Notes: generated by a model not told the origin, from the letters alone. Positions 1-8,223 are shown, counted from the first letter of the stretch. The stretch: 15,362 bases of DNA from Nitrospirota bacterium (GCA_040754455.1 JBFMCP010000053.1:1-15362); one strand, 5' to 3'. A program made the numbers and translations.

Positions 1-35
1 TTGTGCCTTACCATGATAATGTCCTCTCCTGCCAT
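1..35 (-). CDS. N-terminus of a putative transposase (MAGEDIIMVRH..., partial)
   Basis: ATG at 35-33 preceded by GGAGG 8 nt upstream, just inside a TGT-ended repeated terminus. Only 11 full codons are visible. Confidence 0.5.
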   Translation of the reverse strand, partial: MAGEDIIMVRH

Positions 36-74
36 ACTGTTTCCCTCCATTACTTTGCAGTATGACATCCCTCC

Positions 75-119
75 TATAGGACATTTCTATTTTGGTCATA
101 TAGGACATTATCATTTTGG
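75..119. repeat. Two imperfect 21-bp direct repeats (TATAGGACATT-nnn-ATTTTGG), 24-bp period; likely transposase-binding sites
   Basis: 75-95 tataggacatttctattttgg vs 99-119 tataggacattatcattttgg, 18/21 identical. Confidence 0.85.
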
Positions 120-203
120 CGTGACACCCATCTCAGCCTTCGCTACAGTCACTGCATGAACTTTTCAATTCCTTCAGCTTATGGCGCGCTGCGCGGTCGC
201 ACG

Positions 204-1589
204 CTAACGAAAATCTGTTTCCAACTTCTTCCTCAATGTATTTCTCGATATGCCTAAGAGTTTCGCGGCTTGGACCTGATTGCCCTTTGTGAGTTCCAAC
301 GCCCTGCAGACCATATTTTTCTCGATTGCCGCAATAATGTCCTGGAATCTTTCCTGACATCCCTCCCTGAATGCGGAATCAATAAGATGAGCGATTGCAT
401 CTTTAAGGGTGGCACAGCTCATCTTTGCGAGTTTCAGGGAATCACAGCATGCAAGGGAGAGATAATTGTCATTGCAGAAGACCATCGCTTTCTGGATCGT
501 GTTCTCGAGTTCCCTGACATTGCCGGGCCATGCGCATCCCCTGAAGTGGTCTAACACCTCCGAGGTGACACCCTTGATTTCCTTCCCGAGCTTCCTGTTG
601 AATTTCCCGATGAAATACTGCACAAGATCGTCGATGTCCTCTCTCCTTTCCCGCAAGGGCGGCAGGGCTATCGTTACCACATTGATACGATAGAAGAGAT
701 CTTCCCTGAATGTTCCTTTCTCCACCATACTTTCAATATCTTTGTTCGTTGCGGCGATAAGCCTCACATCAGTCTTTATCGTTTCGTTTCCGCCGACCCG
801 CTGGAACGTGCCGTCCTGGATAAAGCGCAGGACCTTCGCCTGAAGGGAGAGGGACATATCGCCGATCTCATCGAGAAAGAGCGTGCCGCTGTCGCACTGC
901 TCGCATTTCCCTATGCGTCTGAATTCAGCCCCGGTAAACGCTCCCCGCTCATGCCCGAAGAGTTCGCTCTCCAAAAGCTGCTCGGGAATGGCCGCGCAGT
1001 TGATGGCGAGAAAAGGCTTGTTCGCCCGTTTGCTGTAATGGTAGACGGCCCGCGCAACCAGTTCTTTGCCTGTGCCGCTTTCCCCCCTGATGAAAACAGT
1101 GGCATCCGTAGGAGCCACCCTCCCGATCTGCTTATAGATATCGAGCATCACGTGGCTTTTGCCTATGATCGTCTCCCCTTTTGTGTAATCCTCTGTTTGA
1201 TCAAAGGTGACCACTTCTTTCACAAGTTCTTTCGCCTTGATTGCGCCCTTGACCCGTACAAGCAGTTCGTCGTTGTCGAAGGGCTTAAGAAGATAATCAT
1301 AGGCGCCGAGCTTCATGGCCTGTATCGCCTTTTCGGTCGTGCTGAAGGCGGTCATCATGATCACCTGGACTTCGGGATGGGACTCCTTAATCCTGCCCAA
1401 GGCATCCAAGCCGTCAATCTCCGGCATTCTGACATCCATAAGAACGAGATCAGGAGCTGCTCCGGCGATAAGCGCCAGGGCTTTTTCTCCGTTCGTCTCG
1501 GTTACAACGTCATAGCCCTCAGCCTGAAGCAGCCGCTGAAGCGAATAGCAGACTGTCTTCTGGTCATCGACAACAAGTATGGTGTTCAT
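204..1589 (-). CDS. Sigma54-dependent response regulator (NtrC/AtoC family: receiver + AAA+ + Fis-type HTH)
   Basis: Receiver domain (ILVVDD, DLVLMDVRMP, KPFD), Walker A GESGTGKE, GAFTGA loop, Walker B LFLDEIGD, WPGNVRELEN and C-terminal GNQVQAAKLLGISRNTLRKKL. ATGA overlap with the kinase stop. Confidence 0.97.
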   Translation of the reverse strand: MNTILVVDDQKTVCYSLQRLLQAEGYDVVTETNGEKALALIAGAAPDLVLMDVRMPEIDGLDALGRIKESHPEVQVIMMTAFSTTEKAIQAMKLGAYDYLLKPFDNDELLVRVKGAIKAKELVKEVVTFDQTEDYTKGETIIGKSHVMLDIYKQIGRVAPTDATVFIRGESGTGKELVARAVYHYSKRANKPFLAINCAAIPEQLLESELFGHERGAFTGAEFRRIGKCEQCDSGTLFLDEIGDMSLSLQAKVLRFIQDGTFQRVGGNETIKTDVRLIAATNKDIESMVEKGTFREDLFYRINVVTIALPPLRERREDIDDLVQYFIGKFNRKLGKEIKGVTSEVLDHFRGCAWPGNVRELENTIQKAMVFCNDNYLSLACCDSLKLAKMSCATLKDAIAHLIDSAFREGCQERFQDIIAAIEKNMVCRALELTKGNQVQAAKLLGISRNTLRKKLETDFR

Positions 1590-2968
1590 GCATGCACAGG
1601 AATCTTCATGGTAAATATAGTTCCCCCTCCATTACTTTCAAAGCTGATGTCGCCGCTGTGGATATTTACGATATTGTATACAATCGAGAGACCAAGGCCA
1701 GTGCCATCGCCTTTTGTCGTGAAAAACGGGTCGAATATTTTTCCCCGTATCTCTTCAGGAATGCCCTGGCCTGTGTCAGCTACCGAAATGATGTAGTGAC
1801 CATCGGCGTTTCTACTTGATACCGTCAGGGTTCCGCCTTCAGGCATCGCCTCGATCGCATTCAGCACAAGGTTCATAATCGCCTGCTCTAAAAGGCCCCT
1901 GTCCGCCTTGACCGGAGGCAGTTTCGTAAGGTCCATTTCCACCGTGACGCGTTGATTCTTCGCCTGATGCTGGGTGAGATTCACGACCTCTTTTATCACA
2001 GGGTTGATGTATACCTCCGAGGGATTGAATTCATCGCCCCGTGCAAACCGGAGAAATCTCGAAAGGATCTCATCCATCTGCTCCGTCGCTGACAGCACTA
2101 CCTGCATGTCCTCCCTTGTCAAGGACGGGTTGTCCTTGAAGGCGTTGAAGAGCACCTTAATAGAGGTCAGGGGATTCCTGATCTCATGGGCGAGTCCTGC
2201 AGAAAGCCTCCCCAGTGCGGTCAGCTTCTCGGTCCTGAGCATCTGCCTGTAGGAGTATTCCATCTTCTTTCTGTAAGTTTCAAGTTCGAGGGAGAGATGG
2301 TTGAAGGTGCTTGAAAGCTCTCCAATTTCGTCTCTCGATTTCACGTCGAGGCTCTTGCCGAATTCTCCCTTCGAAAGAAGGTTGGCGAATCCGACAAGCG
2401 CATTGAGGGGCTTTGTAATAAACCTGCTGAATAAACAGGCGAATGCTGCGCCGGTGAGCGTCACACCTATCGTCAGGGTGATAACAATGTATCTGATCCG
2501 CGCGAGCGTCTGCATTATACGTTCCTCCCGCAGCCCCACATGGACTTCCGGGCTCATACCTGCGAATATCTTCACGCCGATGTCCCGAACGAAGCCCCGT
2601 TCGGTGTCGAGCAGTTGGACGGAAGTCGGTCTGTCATAAAGCGGGTTCCAGCGCAGGACTCCCGGAGGATGGCCGTTCTTGAAGGTGTGGGCAAAGAGTT
2701 CACCGTTGTCGTCAAGGATAAAGATATATTCCACATCCCGCTCTGTCCTGAGGAGATCATCAATAGCCTCCTGCGTCCTGTAGATGTCTTGCAAAAGCAC
2801 TGAGTCCGCGATCCTTTCGGAAAGGTTTCGGGCGATAGATTCGCCCTGCCTCGACAACTCCTGCCGCAAGGAGTCGATCACAACGCTCCGGACTGCAAGA
2901 CCGAGCAATACTCCAAGGCTCAGAACGAGAAGTACATTGAGCAGGACTATCTTCAGCCAGAGCTTCAT
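1586..2968 (-). CDS. Membrane sensor histidine kinase (2 TM, extracytoplasmic domain, HAMP, HisKA, HATPase)
   Basis: Two hydrophobic segments, HAMP (ITKPLNAL...DEIGELSSTFN), H-box LAHEIRNPL, N-box NLVLNAIEAM, G1 DTGQGIP, F-box FDPFFTTK and G2 GTGLGL. ATGA overlaps at both ends. Confidence 0.96.
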   Translation of the reverse strand: MKLWLKIVLLNVLLVLSLGVLLGLAVRSVVIDSLRQELSRQGESIARNLSERIADSVLLQDIYRTQEAIDDLLRTERDVEYIFILDDNGELFAHTFKNGHPPGVLRWNPLYDRPTSVQLLDTERGFVRDIGVKIFAGMSPEVHVGLREERIMQTLARIRYIVITLTIGVTLTGAAFACLFSRFITKPLNALVGFANLLSKGEFGKSLDVKSRDEIGELSSTFNHLSLELETYRKKMEYSYRQMLRTEKLTALGRLSAGLAHEIRNPLTSIKVLFNAFKDNPSLTREDMQVVLSATEQMDEILSRFLRFARGDEFNPSEVYINPVIKEVVNLTQHQAKNQRVTVEMDLTKLPPVKADRGLLEQAIMNLVLNAIEAMPEGGTLTVSSRNADGHYIISVADTGQGIPEEIRGKIFDPFFTTKGDGTGLGLSIVYNIVNIHSGDISFESNGGGTIFTMKIPVHA

Positions 2969-3879
2969 TTAATGAGACCGTATTTAGCGGCCAGAATTTC
3001 TATTTCTTTCAGATCAGCCTCGCGATATTCAGAAAAACCTTTCGGCATCTCTGTCTTGTCCCAATCCACGAGAATCCCTGAATGTTTCCCTTTGGGGTCA
3101 AAAGAAAGAAGCGCAGTCCTGACACTTGCTATGATGGGCAGGTGGACATCTTTATTAGCGCATATGAGGCTGCTCGGGTAGGGTTTCGATGTCGCAATGA
3201 CCTTGATCTTTCCTTCCGACACCAGTCTCTTCGCCATGTTGTCCTGCAGCGAACCGGCGTCATACTCGCCGTTCAGGACGGCCCGGGCAGTCAAGGCATG
3301 AGAGCCGGTAAAGGCATGGCCCTTAAGGTCTGTTATGAGAATCCCTGCGTCTTCCAGCATCTTGCGGGGGATCACATGTCCCTGTGTCGAATACTTGTCC
3401 CCGAATGCAAAGGTCTTGCCCTTTAAGTCCTTAAGCGTATTCACAGAACTGTCGCTCCTGGTAAAGATGACCGAGCGGTACTCAGGCCTGCCGTCCTCGT
3501 TCAGGCCCATCACAAGACAGCTTGAACCATACTGCCTCTTTGCCAAAACGCAGGTTACCGGCCCGAGAGCTGCAAAATGTGTAATCCCCTTGCCGAGATT
3601 TTCAACAGTGCTTTCATACTTTTCCGTGAACTTGATGGAGAATCTGTTTCCGGTGTTCTGCTCAAGATAGCGCAAGAATGGCAGATATATCTTCGTGTCT
3701 TCTTTTGGACTGAGCCTCAGGTCGAAACCGAATTTCAGGGAACGCGCCTCAGCCTGCCGTACGACAGTCTCCTCTTGCGGTGCCCTCTTGTCAAGGCTGA
3801 CTTTTTTGGATACCTCTCTGTCTCCGCAACCGGCAATGCATAGCGTAATTATAATAAGGCAAGCAACATACTTCGCCAT
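2965..3879 (-). CDS. PhnD/AioX-like (phosphate/phosphonate-binding fold) substrate-binding lipoprotein, probably a sensory partner of the kinase
   Basis: Lipobox-like IAGC (Cys18) and PhnD-family motifs (YRSVIF, DLKGKTFAFGD..STQGH..P, GSH...AVLNGEYDAG). It is translationally coupled to the kinase, with no ABC permease or ATPase next to it. Confidence 0.85.
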   Translation of the reverse strand: MAKYVACLIIITLCIAGCGDREVSKKVSLDKRAPQEETVVRQAEARSLKFGFDLRLSPKEDTKIYLPFLRYLEQNTGNRFSIKFTEKYESTVENLGKGITHFAALGPVTCVLAKRQYGSSCLVMGLNEDGRPEYRSVIFTRSDSSVNTLKDLKGKTFAFGDKYSTQGHVIPRKMLEDAGILITDLKGHAFTGSHALTARAVLNGEYDAGSLQDNMAKRLVSEGKIKVIATSKPYPSSLICANKDVHLPIIASVRTALLSFDPKGKHSGILVDWDKTEMPKGFSEYREADLKEIEILAAKYGLIK

Positions 3880-3951
3880 AGGTACTATAAATTTTACACT
3901 ATTCCTTGCCGAAGGGACAGACCGGATATCTGCAAGGCTTGTTTCTTATTA

Positions 3952-4626
3952 TCAAGGATGCTCCTCCACCCAGACCTCTCCGTCAGGCGTCGTTTCCTTT
4001 TTCCAGATAGGCGTGATCCGCTTGAGTTCATCGATGCAGAAACGGCAGGCGCGGAACGCTTCATCGCGATGTTCCGATGCGACAACGATCAGGACGATGT
4101 TTTCTCCGACTGGGATGGTCCCTACCCGGTGAATTATCGTCACATCGATTGCTCCGAATTCCCTGATCGCCCGGTCCCTGATTTCGGAAAGCTTCTTTTC
4201 GGCCATGCCGGGATAGTGCTCGAAATCGAGCTTCGCTATCTGCTTATCCTGCGAGACATCCCTCGTGGTCCCGAGGAAAGTTACTATCCCACCGATGGAG
4301 GACGATGATTGTTTTAGCCTCTCCACCTCCTTGTCAAGGGCGAACGGTTCCTCTTGAATCCGGACGATGCCGAAGAGGCCGGATCCGCCCGAAAACGGCG
4401 GCATGAGTGCGACCTCGTCGCCGTCCCTGACCAGAGCGTCTTTCCTGACGAACTCCTCATTTACTGCGATCATCAGCCGTTCCGGGGAAAGCAGAGGAGA
4501 CAGCGACGGACATTTCTGCATCACCTGCTCAAGAAGGGCTGCCACAGTGCCCTCCCGCATATCAAGTGATAATTCAGAGACTCCGGCACGGTATTTCAAA
4601 ATAGCGAAGAGTTTGACGGTTACCAT
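3952..4626 (-). CDS. moaDE: Fused molybdopterin synthase MoaD-MoaE (MoaX-like)
   Basis: N-terminal ubiquitin-like MoaD (VKLFA...IAVNEEF...DGDEVALMPPFSGG, Gly80-Gly81) continues in frame into MoaE (GGIVTFLGTTR, EHYPGMA, HRVG, HRDEAF, IDELK..TPIWKKE). Confidence 0.93.
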   Translation of the reverse strand: MVTVKLFAILKYRAGVSELSLDMREGTVAALLEQVMQKCPSLSPLLSPERLMIAVNEEFVRKDALVRDGDEVALMPPFSGGSGLFGIVRIQEEPFALDKEVERLKQSSSSIGGIVTFLGTTRDVSQDKQIAKLDFEHYPGMAEKKLSEIRDRAIREFGAIDVTIIHRVGTIPVGENIVLIVVASEHRDEAFRACRFCIDELKRITPIWKKETTPDGEVWVEEHP

Positions 4627-4637
4627 GACCTTTCAGC

Positions 4638-5648
4638 CTATCCCCCGATCTGCGACATAGGAGACAACGAGGGCCCGAATAAAGCGGGTTCCTGGAGTGC
4701 ATGCCGGGCGGGTTTGGACAGTACGGCGTGTCGATAAAGAGCTTCAAGTTCTTCATCGGCCGCGCCGTTCCTGAGAGGCGTTTTGATGTCCACTGTCATT
4801 TCCGAAAAAAGGCAGGGTCTTAACTTGCCGACAGCCGTGAGGCGCAGCCTGTTGCAGGAACCGCAAAAGCAGTCGCTTATTGCGCTGATGAAGCCGATCA
4901 TGCCCGGCGCTCCCTCTATCCGATAATTTCGTGAAGGACCGCCGCCTTTGAATGCAAGCAGGACCAGCTTTCCCGTGGATGCCACACGGGCCATGATCTC
5001 GTCCTTGCTCAGATACGCATCGGGCTTCCACGTTTCACGGTTTCCAATAGGCATGAATTCGATAAATCGCACGTGAATATCCTTGAACATCGTTAGGGAC
5101 GCAAACCGGGATACTTCATCGTCATTGATCCCGCGCACAGGCACCATATTGATTTTAACCGGCCATAGTCCAGCCCGTTCGGACTCCCGCATTCCTTCCC
5201 ATACGCGGTCGATCTCGCCGCCTCTGGTGATCTTCCGGTACCGGTCGGCGATCAGCGTATCAAGGCTGATATTCACCCTGTCGAGACCGGCCCTTTTTAG
5301 CTGCTGCGCCATTTCAGCTAACCGCTGGCCGTTCGTAGTGATACTCAGGTCCCTGATCCCCATGCTCTTGATCCCCGAAATGAGCGGAATGATATCTTTC
5401 CGCAGCAGTGGTTCGCCACCGGTCAATCGGACTTTTTTTACGCCGTTTTTGGCCGCAATGCACACGATCCTGATGATCTCATCGGTGGTCAGGATATCTG
5501 ATTGATCGAACCGCTTCAAGCCCTTTTCAGGCATGCAATAGATGCACTTCAGATTGCATGAGTCCGTGATGGATATACGGAGATAGTCGATCTGCCGGTT
5601 GAAGGAGTCCTTTAGCGTTTCCGTGCTGCCGTTCGATACCATGTTCAT
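4638..5648 (-). CDS. moaA: GTP 3',8-cyclase MoaA (radical SAM)
   Basis: YLRISITDSCNLKCIYCMP (CxxxCxxC), RLTGGEPL, FCGSCNRLRLT...PCL and C-terminal MSQIGG. The start could alternatively be the ATG at 5642. Confidence 0.97.
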   Translation of the reverse strand: MNMVSNGSTETLKDSFNRQIDYLRISITDSCNLKCIYCMPEKGLKRFDQSDILTTDEIIRIVCIAAKNGVKKVRLTGGEPLLRKDIIPLISGIKSMGIRDLSITTNGQRLAEMAQQLKRAGLDRVNISLDTLIADRYRKITRGGEIDRVWEGMRESERAGLWPVKINMVPVRGINDDEVSRFASLTMFKDIHVRFIEFMPIGNRETWKPDAYLSKDEIMARVASTGKLVLLAFKGGGPSRNYRIEGAPGMIGFISAISDCFCGSCNRLRLTAVGKLRPCLFSEMTVDIKTPLRNGAADEELEALYRHAVLSKPARHALQEPALFGPSLSPMSQIGG

Positions 5649-5666
5649 GGGCGTCCAGGGATATCC

Positions 5667-6737
5667 TTATCCAAGTTTCCCGAACGGACAGACCGGATAA
5701 TTGCAGGTCTCGCATTTCATGCAAAGTCCTCCGTGACCGAGTTCTGATAACTCCCTTCTCCCTATCTTCTCTCCTGCAAGAACCCTCGGAAGGATCAAGT
5801 CAAAAATAGTGGTTTTTGCATACATGCCGCAGGCCGGAATACCGAGAATGGGGATATCCCCGAGATAGGCAACAAGAAACATCGCACCGGGCAGAACTGC
5901 CGAGCCGTAGGTAAGGTCCTGGGCTCCAAGTTTCCTGATCGCAAACCTCGTCACATCATCAGGGTCAACAGACATGCCGCCAGTGGTGATCAGCAGGTCA
6001 GCCCCAGCGTTTATCAATTCCCTCAGCCTTGCCTCGATGAATGTTTCATCATCCGGGGCATAATATGCGCCCACGATTTCGCCTCCCATGGCCTCTATCT
6101 TGGCCTTGATAATAGACGCGAAGGCGTCCTTTATTCTGCCGTAGTAGACTTCATTGCCGGTGATGACCACGCCTGCCTTCGGCTTCCTGATCTCTCTGAC
6201 CTGAATGATCTTTCCAGCCTGCTCGCCGATCTTCACCGCTGCCTGCACTACATCCTTCTTCACTATCAAGGGAATTGCCCTCGTTGCGGCAACCGTCTGA
6301 CCTTGTTTCACAACCGTGTTGCTGTGGAGCGTTGCACACATAATATCACCCAGCATATTGAATTCAAGAAGGGCGTCTTTGGTTATCTTCAGCAAACCGT
6401 CTCTCTCTGCAATGATATTTATCTTTCCCTCTTTGGGTTCACCCTTTATCTTCACTCCCTCTCCCATAAGGGCGTTTGAAAGGATATAGGCAGCATCGTC
6501 TTCGTGCATCTCATTATCAGCGATATTAAGAACAAAGAGATGTTCCTTACCAAGCCTCTGGAGATGACAGACATCTTCCTGTCTGATGACATGTCCTTTC
6601 TTGAAGACTCGCCCCTTGAACTCTCCAGGCCTTATTTCGGTTATGTCATGGGCAAGTACAGTGCCTATAGCTTCTTTTGCCGAAATTGTCTTTACGCCTA
6701 TCCTATCTTTTGTATCAGGCCTTTGAATATCGCACAT
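5667..6737 (-). CDS. MoeA-like molybdopterin-binding protein (MoCF biosynthesis domain) with a C-terminal Cys cluster
   Basis: AIGTVLAHDITEI N-terminus, VVITGNEV..GRIKD, TTGGMSVDPDDVT, PGAMFL, GIPACGMY and C-terminal CMKCETCNYPVCPFG. AGGAGG RBS. Confidence 0.85.
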   Translation of the reverse strand: MCDIQRPDTKDRIGVKTISAKEAIGTVLAHDITEIRPGEFKGRVFKKGHVIRQEDVCHLQRLGKEHLFVLNIADNEMHEDDAAYILSNALMGEGVKIKGEPKEGKINIIAERDGLLKITKDALLEFNMLGDIMCATLHSNTVVKQGQTVAATRAIPLIVKKDVVQAAVKIGEQAGKIIQVREIRKPKAGVVITGNEVYYGRIKDAFASIIKAKIEAMGGEIVGAYYAPDDETFIEARLRELINAGADLLITTGGMSVDPDDVTRFAIRKLGAQDLTYGSAVLPGAMFLVAYLGDIPILGIPACGMYAKTTIFDLILPRVLAGEKIGRRELSELGHGGLCMKCETCNYPVCPFGKLG

Positions 6738-6745
6738 AAAACCTC

Positions 6746-7879
6746 CTAAATTCTCAAAGTATTTTTCATCATCGTGAAGCTATAATGAACCCCTAATCCG
6801 AGGACAAAACCAACGGTAAGGTTATTTGTCAAAAATCCTGAAACAGCAACTGTTAATGCAACAAACACAGCTTTCTTATCGGCTATAATGTCCCTTATAA
6901 ACAGCGAATGTTGTATTCCTACATAACATAGCAGAACACCCAAAATCCCCAAAGGGAAGGCCGAAATAATGGACAGGGCTGACTTACCAAATAGAAGAGC
7001 AAGGACGATCAGTAGACCGCCTATTATATAGCCTGATCTCTCGCTTGTTGCACCAAATTTGCTGTGTGCTGTCAGTCCCCCGCATCCATGACACATAGGA
7101 GCGCCTCCGAAAAATCCCGACGTGATATTAGCAAAACCCATGCTCAAAGGAACGCTCTGAAGGCTAAGTCGCTCTGCTTTTTGTCCATAAAGCAATTTGC
7201 CGGTTGCCTCTGTTGCGACTATAGCATTGCCAAAAGTCAGCGCAATCTGAGGAAGAACAAGAAGAGTAAAGCCCCTCCACAGGCTGTCTGCATCAGGCAA
7301 TGCCGGGCTTAATGCCACTGGTCCGATTGCAAGAGGGGTAAGCCCTCTTATCGAGAATACTGCCCCGAGTATTAAGATAGGGATGAGCGGCGGTATTTTT
7401 TTTATCAGCGCAATATTTGTTATAAGTAGCAGCCCTGCAACGACTGCGATCAGAATGTCTGCGCTTATAAGACCTGAAGCCGATCTGACAAGCATCATCC
7501 CCAAACCAAGCTGTATGCCCCGTATTACGGACACAGGGAAAAAACTCCCGAGTTTCACACTCAGGCGGGTCAACGAAATGAAAATAAGAATGATACCCAT
7601 AGCTATACCTGCAGCATTAATCACCTCAAAATTCAACCCTGATGCTATTGCTATGGCGGACATTGCCTTGAGCGGCTGAACAGGCATTGTGATCCTGAAA
7701 TAATAAGCGGATATTACATAAAAAAGCCCTGCCATCAAGAAAAGCGCCGTGGGATTAAAGCCGTTCTTCACGATCAGTGCAATAGCTATAGGAAACAGGA
7801 CACCGATGTCGCCGAAGGCGCCTGAAATATCCCATGCGAGCTTTCTAAAATTATCTGAAGGTATCCCTGAATCTCTCAT
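6746..7879 (-). CDS. MOT1-family molybdate transporter
   Basis: Polytopic membrane protein with MOT1-type motifs DISGAFGDIG..FP, PVQPLKA and PMCHGCGGL.AH.KFGA. Start moved from 7906 to the ATG at 7879, which has AGGAG 7 nt upstream (377 aa). Confidence 0.85.
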   Translation of the reverse strand: MRDSGIPSDNFRKLAWDISGAFGDIGVLFPIAIALIVKNGFNPTALFLMAGLFYVISAYYFRITMPVQPLKAMSAIAIASGLNFEVINAAGIAMGIILIFISLTRLSVKLGSFFPVSVIRGIQLGLGMMLVRSASGLISADILIAVVAGLLLITNIALIKKIPPLIPILILGAVFSIRGLTPLAIGPVALSPALPDADSLWRGFTLLVLPQIALTFGNAIVATEATGKLLYGQKAERLSLQSVPLSMGFANITSGFFGGAPMCHGCGGLTAHSKFGATSERSGYIIGGLLIVLALLFGKSALSIISAFPLGILGVLLCYVGIQHSLFIRDIIADKKAVFVALTVAVSGFLTNNLTVGFVLGLGVHYSFTMMKNTLRI

Positions 7880-8180
7880 CAACAAGCTCCTGTATTCCTT
7901 TTTCAAGTAACTCGTATTTCTTCAAGAAGGCTCTTGCGTCATCCGTAATGATCGCCCCGCCGCCGTTTCTCCCGCCGGTCTGCCGCTCGATAAGCTTAAA
8001 ACCAAGCCTTTCTTCCATGGCCTTGATGTAACCCCAGGCCTTCCGGTAGGAGATGTTGATCTCCTTTGCAGCCTGGTTGATCGAGCCGTATTTGTCTATT
8101 GCCTCAAGCAGAAATCGTCGACCTCTGCCGAAGACCGGCTTTCCGTCAACCTCGATCCAGAGCTTTGATTTAATCTTCAT
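7851..8180 (-). CDS. modE: ModE-type winged-helix regulator, DNA-binding domain only (no TOBE/mop domains)
   Basis: FGRGR..LLEAI...GSINQAAKEINISYRKAW..I..ME..LG..LIER.TGG.NGGGA.IT is the ModE N-terminal signature. At 109 aa it is too short to carry molybdate-binding domains. Confidence 0.88.
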   Translation of the reverse strand: MKIKSKLWIEVDGKPVFGRGRRFLLEAIDKYGSINQAAKEINISYRKAWGYIKAMEERLGFKLIERQTGGRNGGGAIITDDARAFLKKYELLEKGIQELVDERFRDTFR

Positions 8181-8194
8181 GATCGCCTTTCATC

Positions 8195-8217
8195 CGTTAT
8201 GGAATAACTGCATAACG
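8195..8217. promoter_or_regulatory. ModE-box-like operator palindrome CGTTATG-N9-CATAACG
   Basis: Perfect 7-bp inverted repeat ending 14 bp upstream of the modE-like ATG. It resembles the CGTTAT...ATAACG core of ModE operators. Confidence 0.75.
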
Positions 8218-8223
8218 CAGATC

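Larger units (their letters stand above)
1..126 (-). mobile_element. Left end of an insertion sequence, probably ISNCY/IS1202-like (partial, runs off the window edge)
   Basis: Read on the minus strand from 126, the sequence starts TGTCACGCCAAAATGATAATGTCC. It has a 5'-TGT terminus, two 21-bp subterminal direct repeats (75-95, 99-119), then a GGAGG RBS and an ORF starting at 35 that leaves the window. The family call rests on the TGT end, the repeated subterminal motifs and a recalled N-terminal resemblance. Confidence 0.65.

Noticed and set aside
75..119. CRISPR array or iterons
   Set aside because: There are only two copies with a 3-bp gap, no spacers, and no cas or rep gene. They fit IS subterminal repeats better.
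163..190. dif/Xer-like target site near the IS end
   Set aside because: Only a partial CATAA XerC-like arm is present, with no XerD arm, and it is not adjacent to the terminus.
951..1796. 281-aa plus-strand ORF and the other short tracked ORFs overlapping assigned genes
   Set aside because: They are antisense or out-of-frame shadows of well-supported genes, with no motifs.
2965..3879. Phosphonate ABC transport operon
   Set aside because: No phnC/phnE genes are present, and the gene is coupled to a histidine kinase instead.
3880..3951. Sigma70 promoter for the XSR genes
   Set aside because: The region is AT-rich with TAAAAT/TATAGT hexamers but has no convincing -35 at proper spacing, so it cannot be supported.
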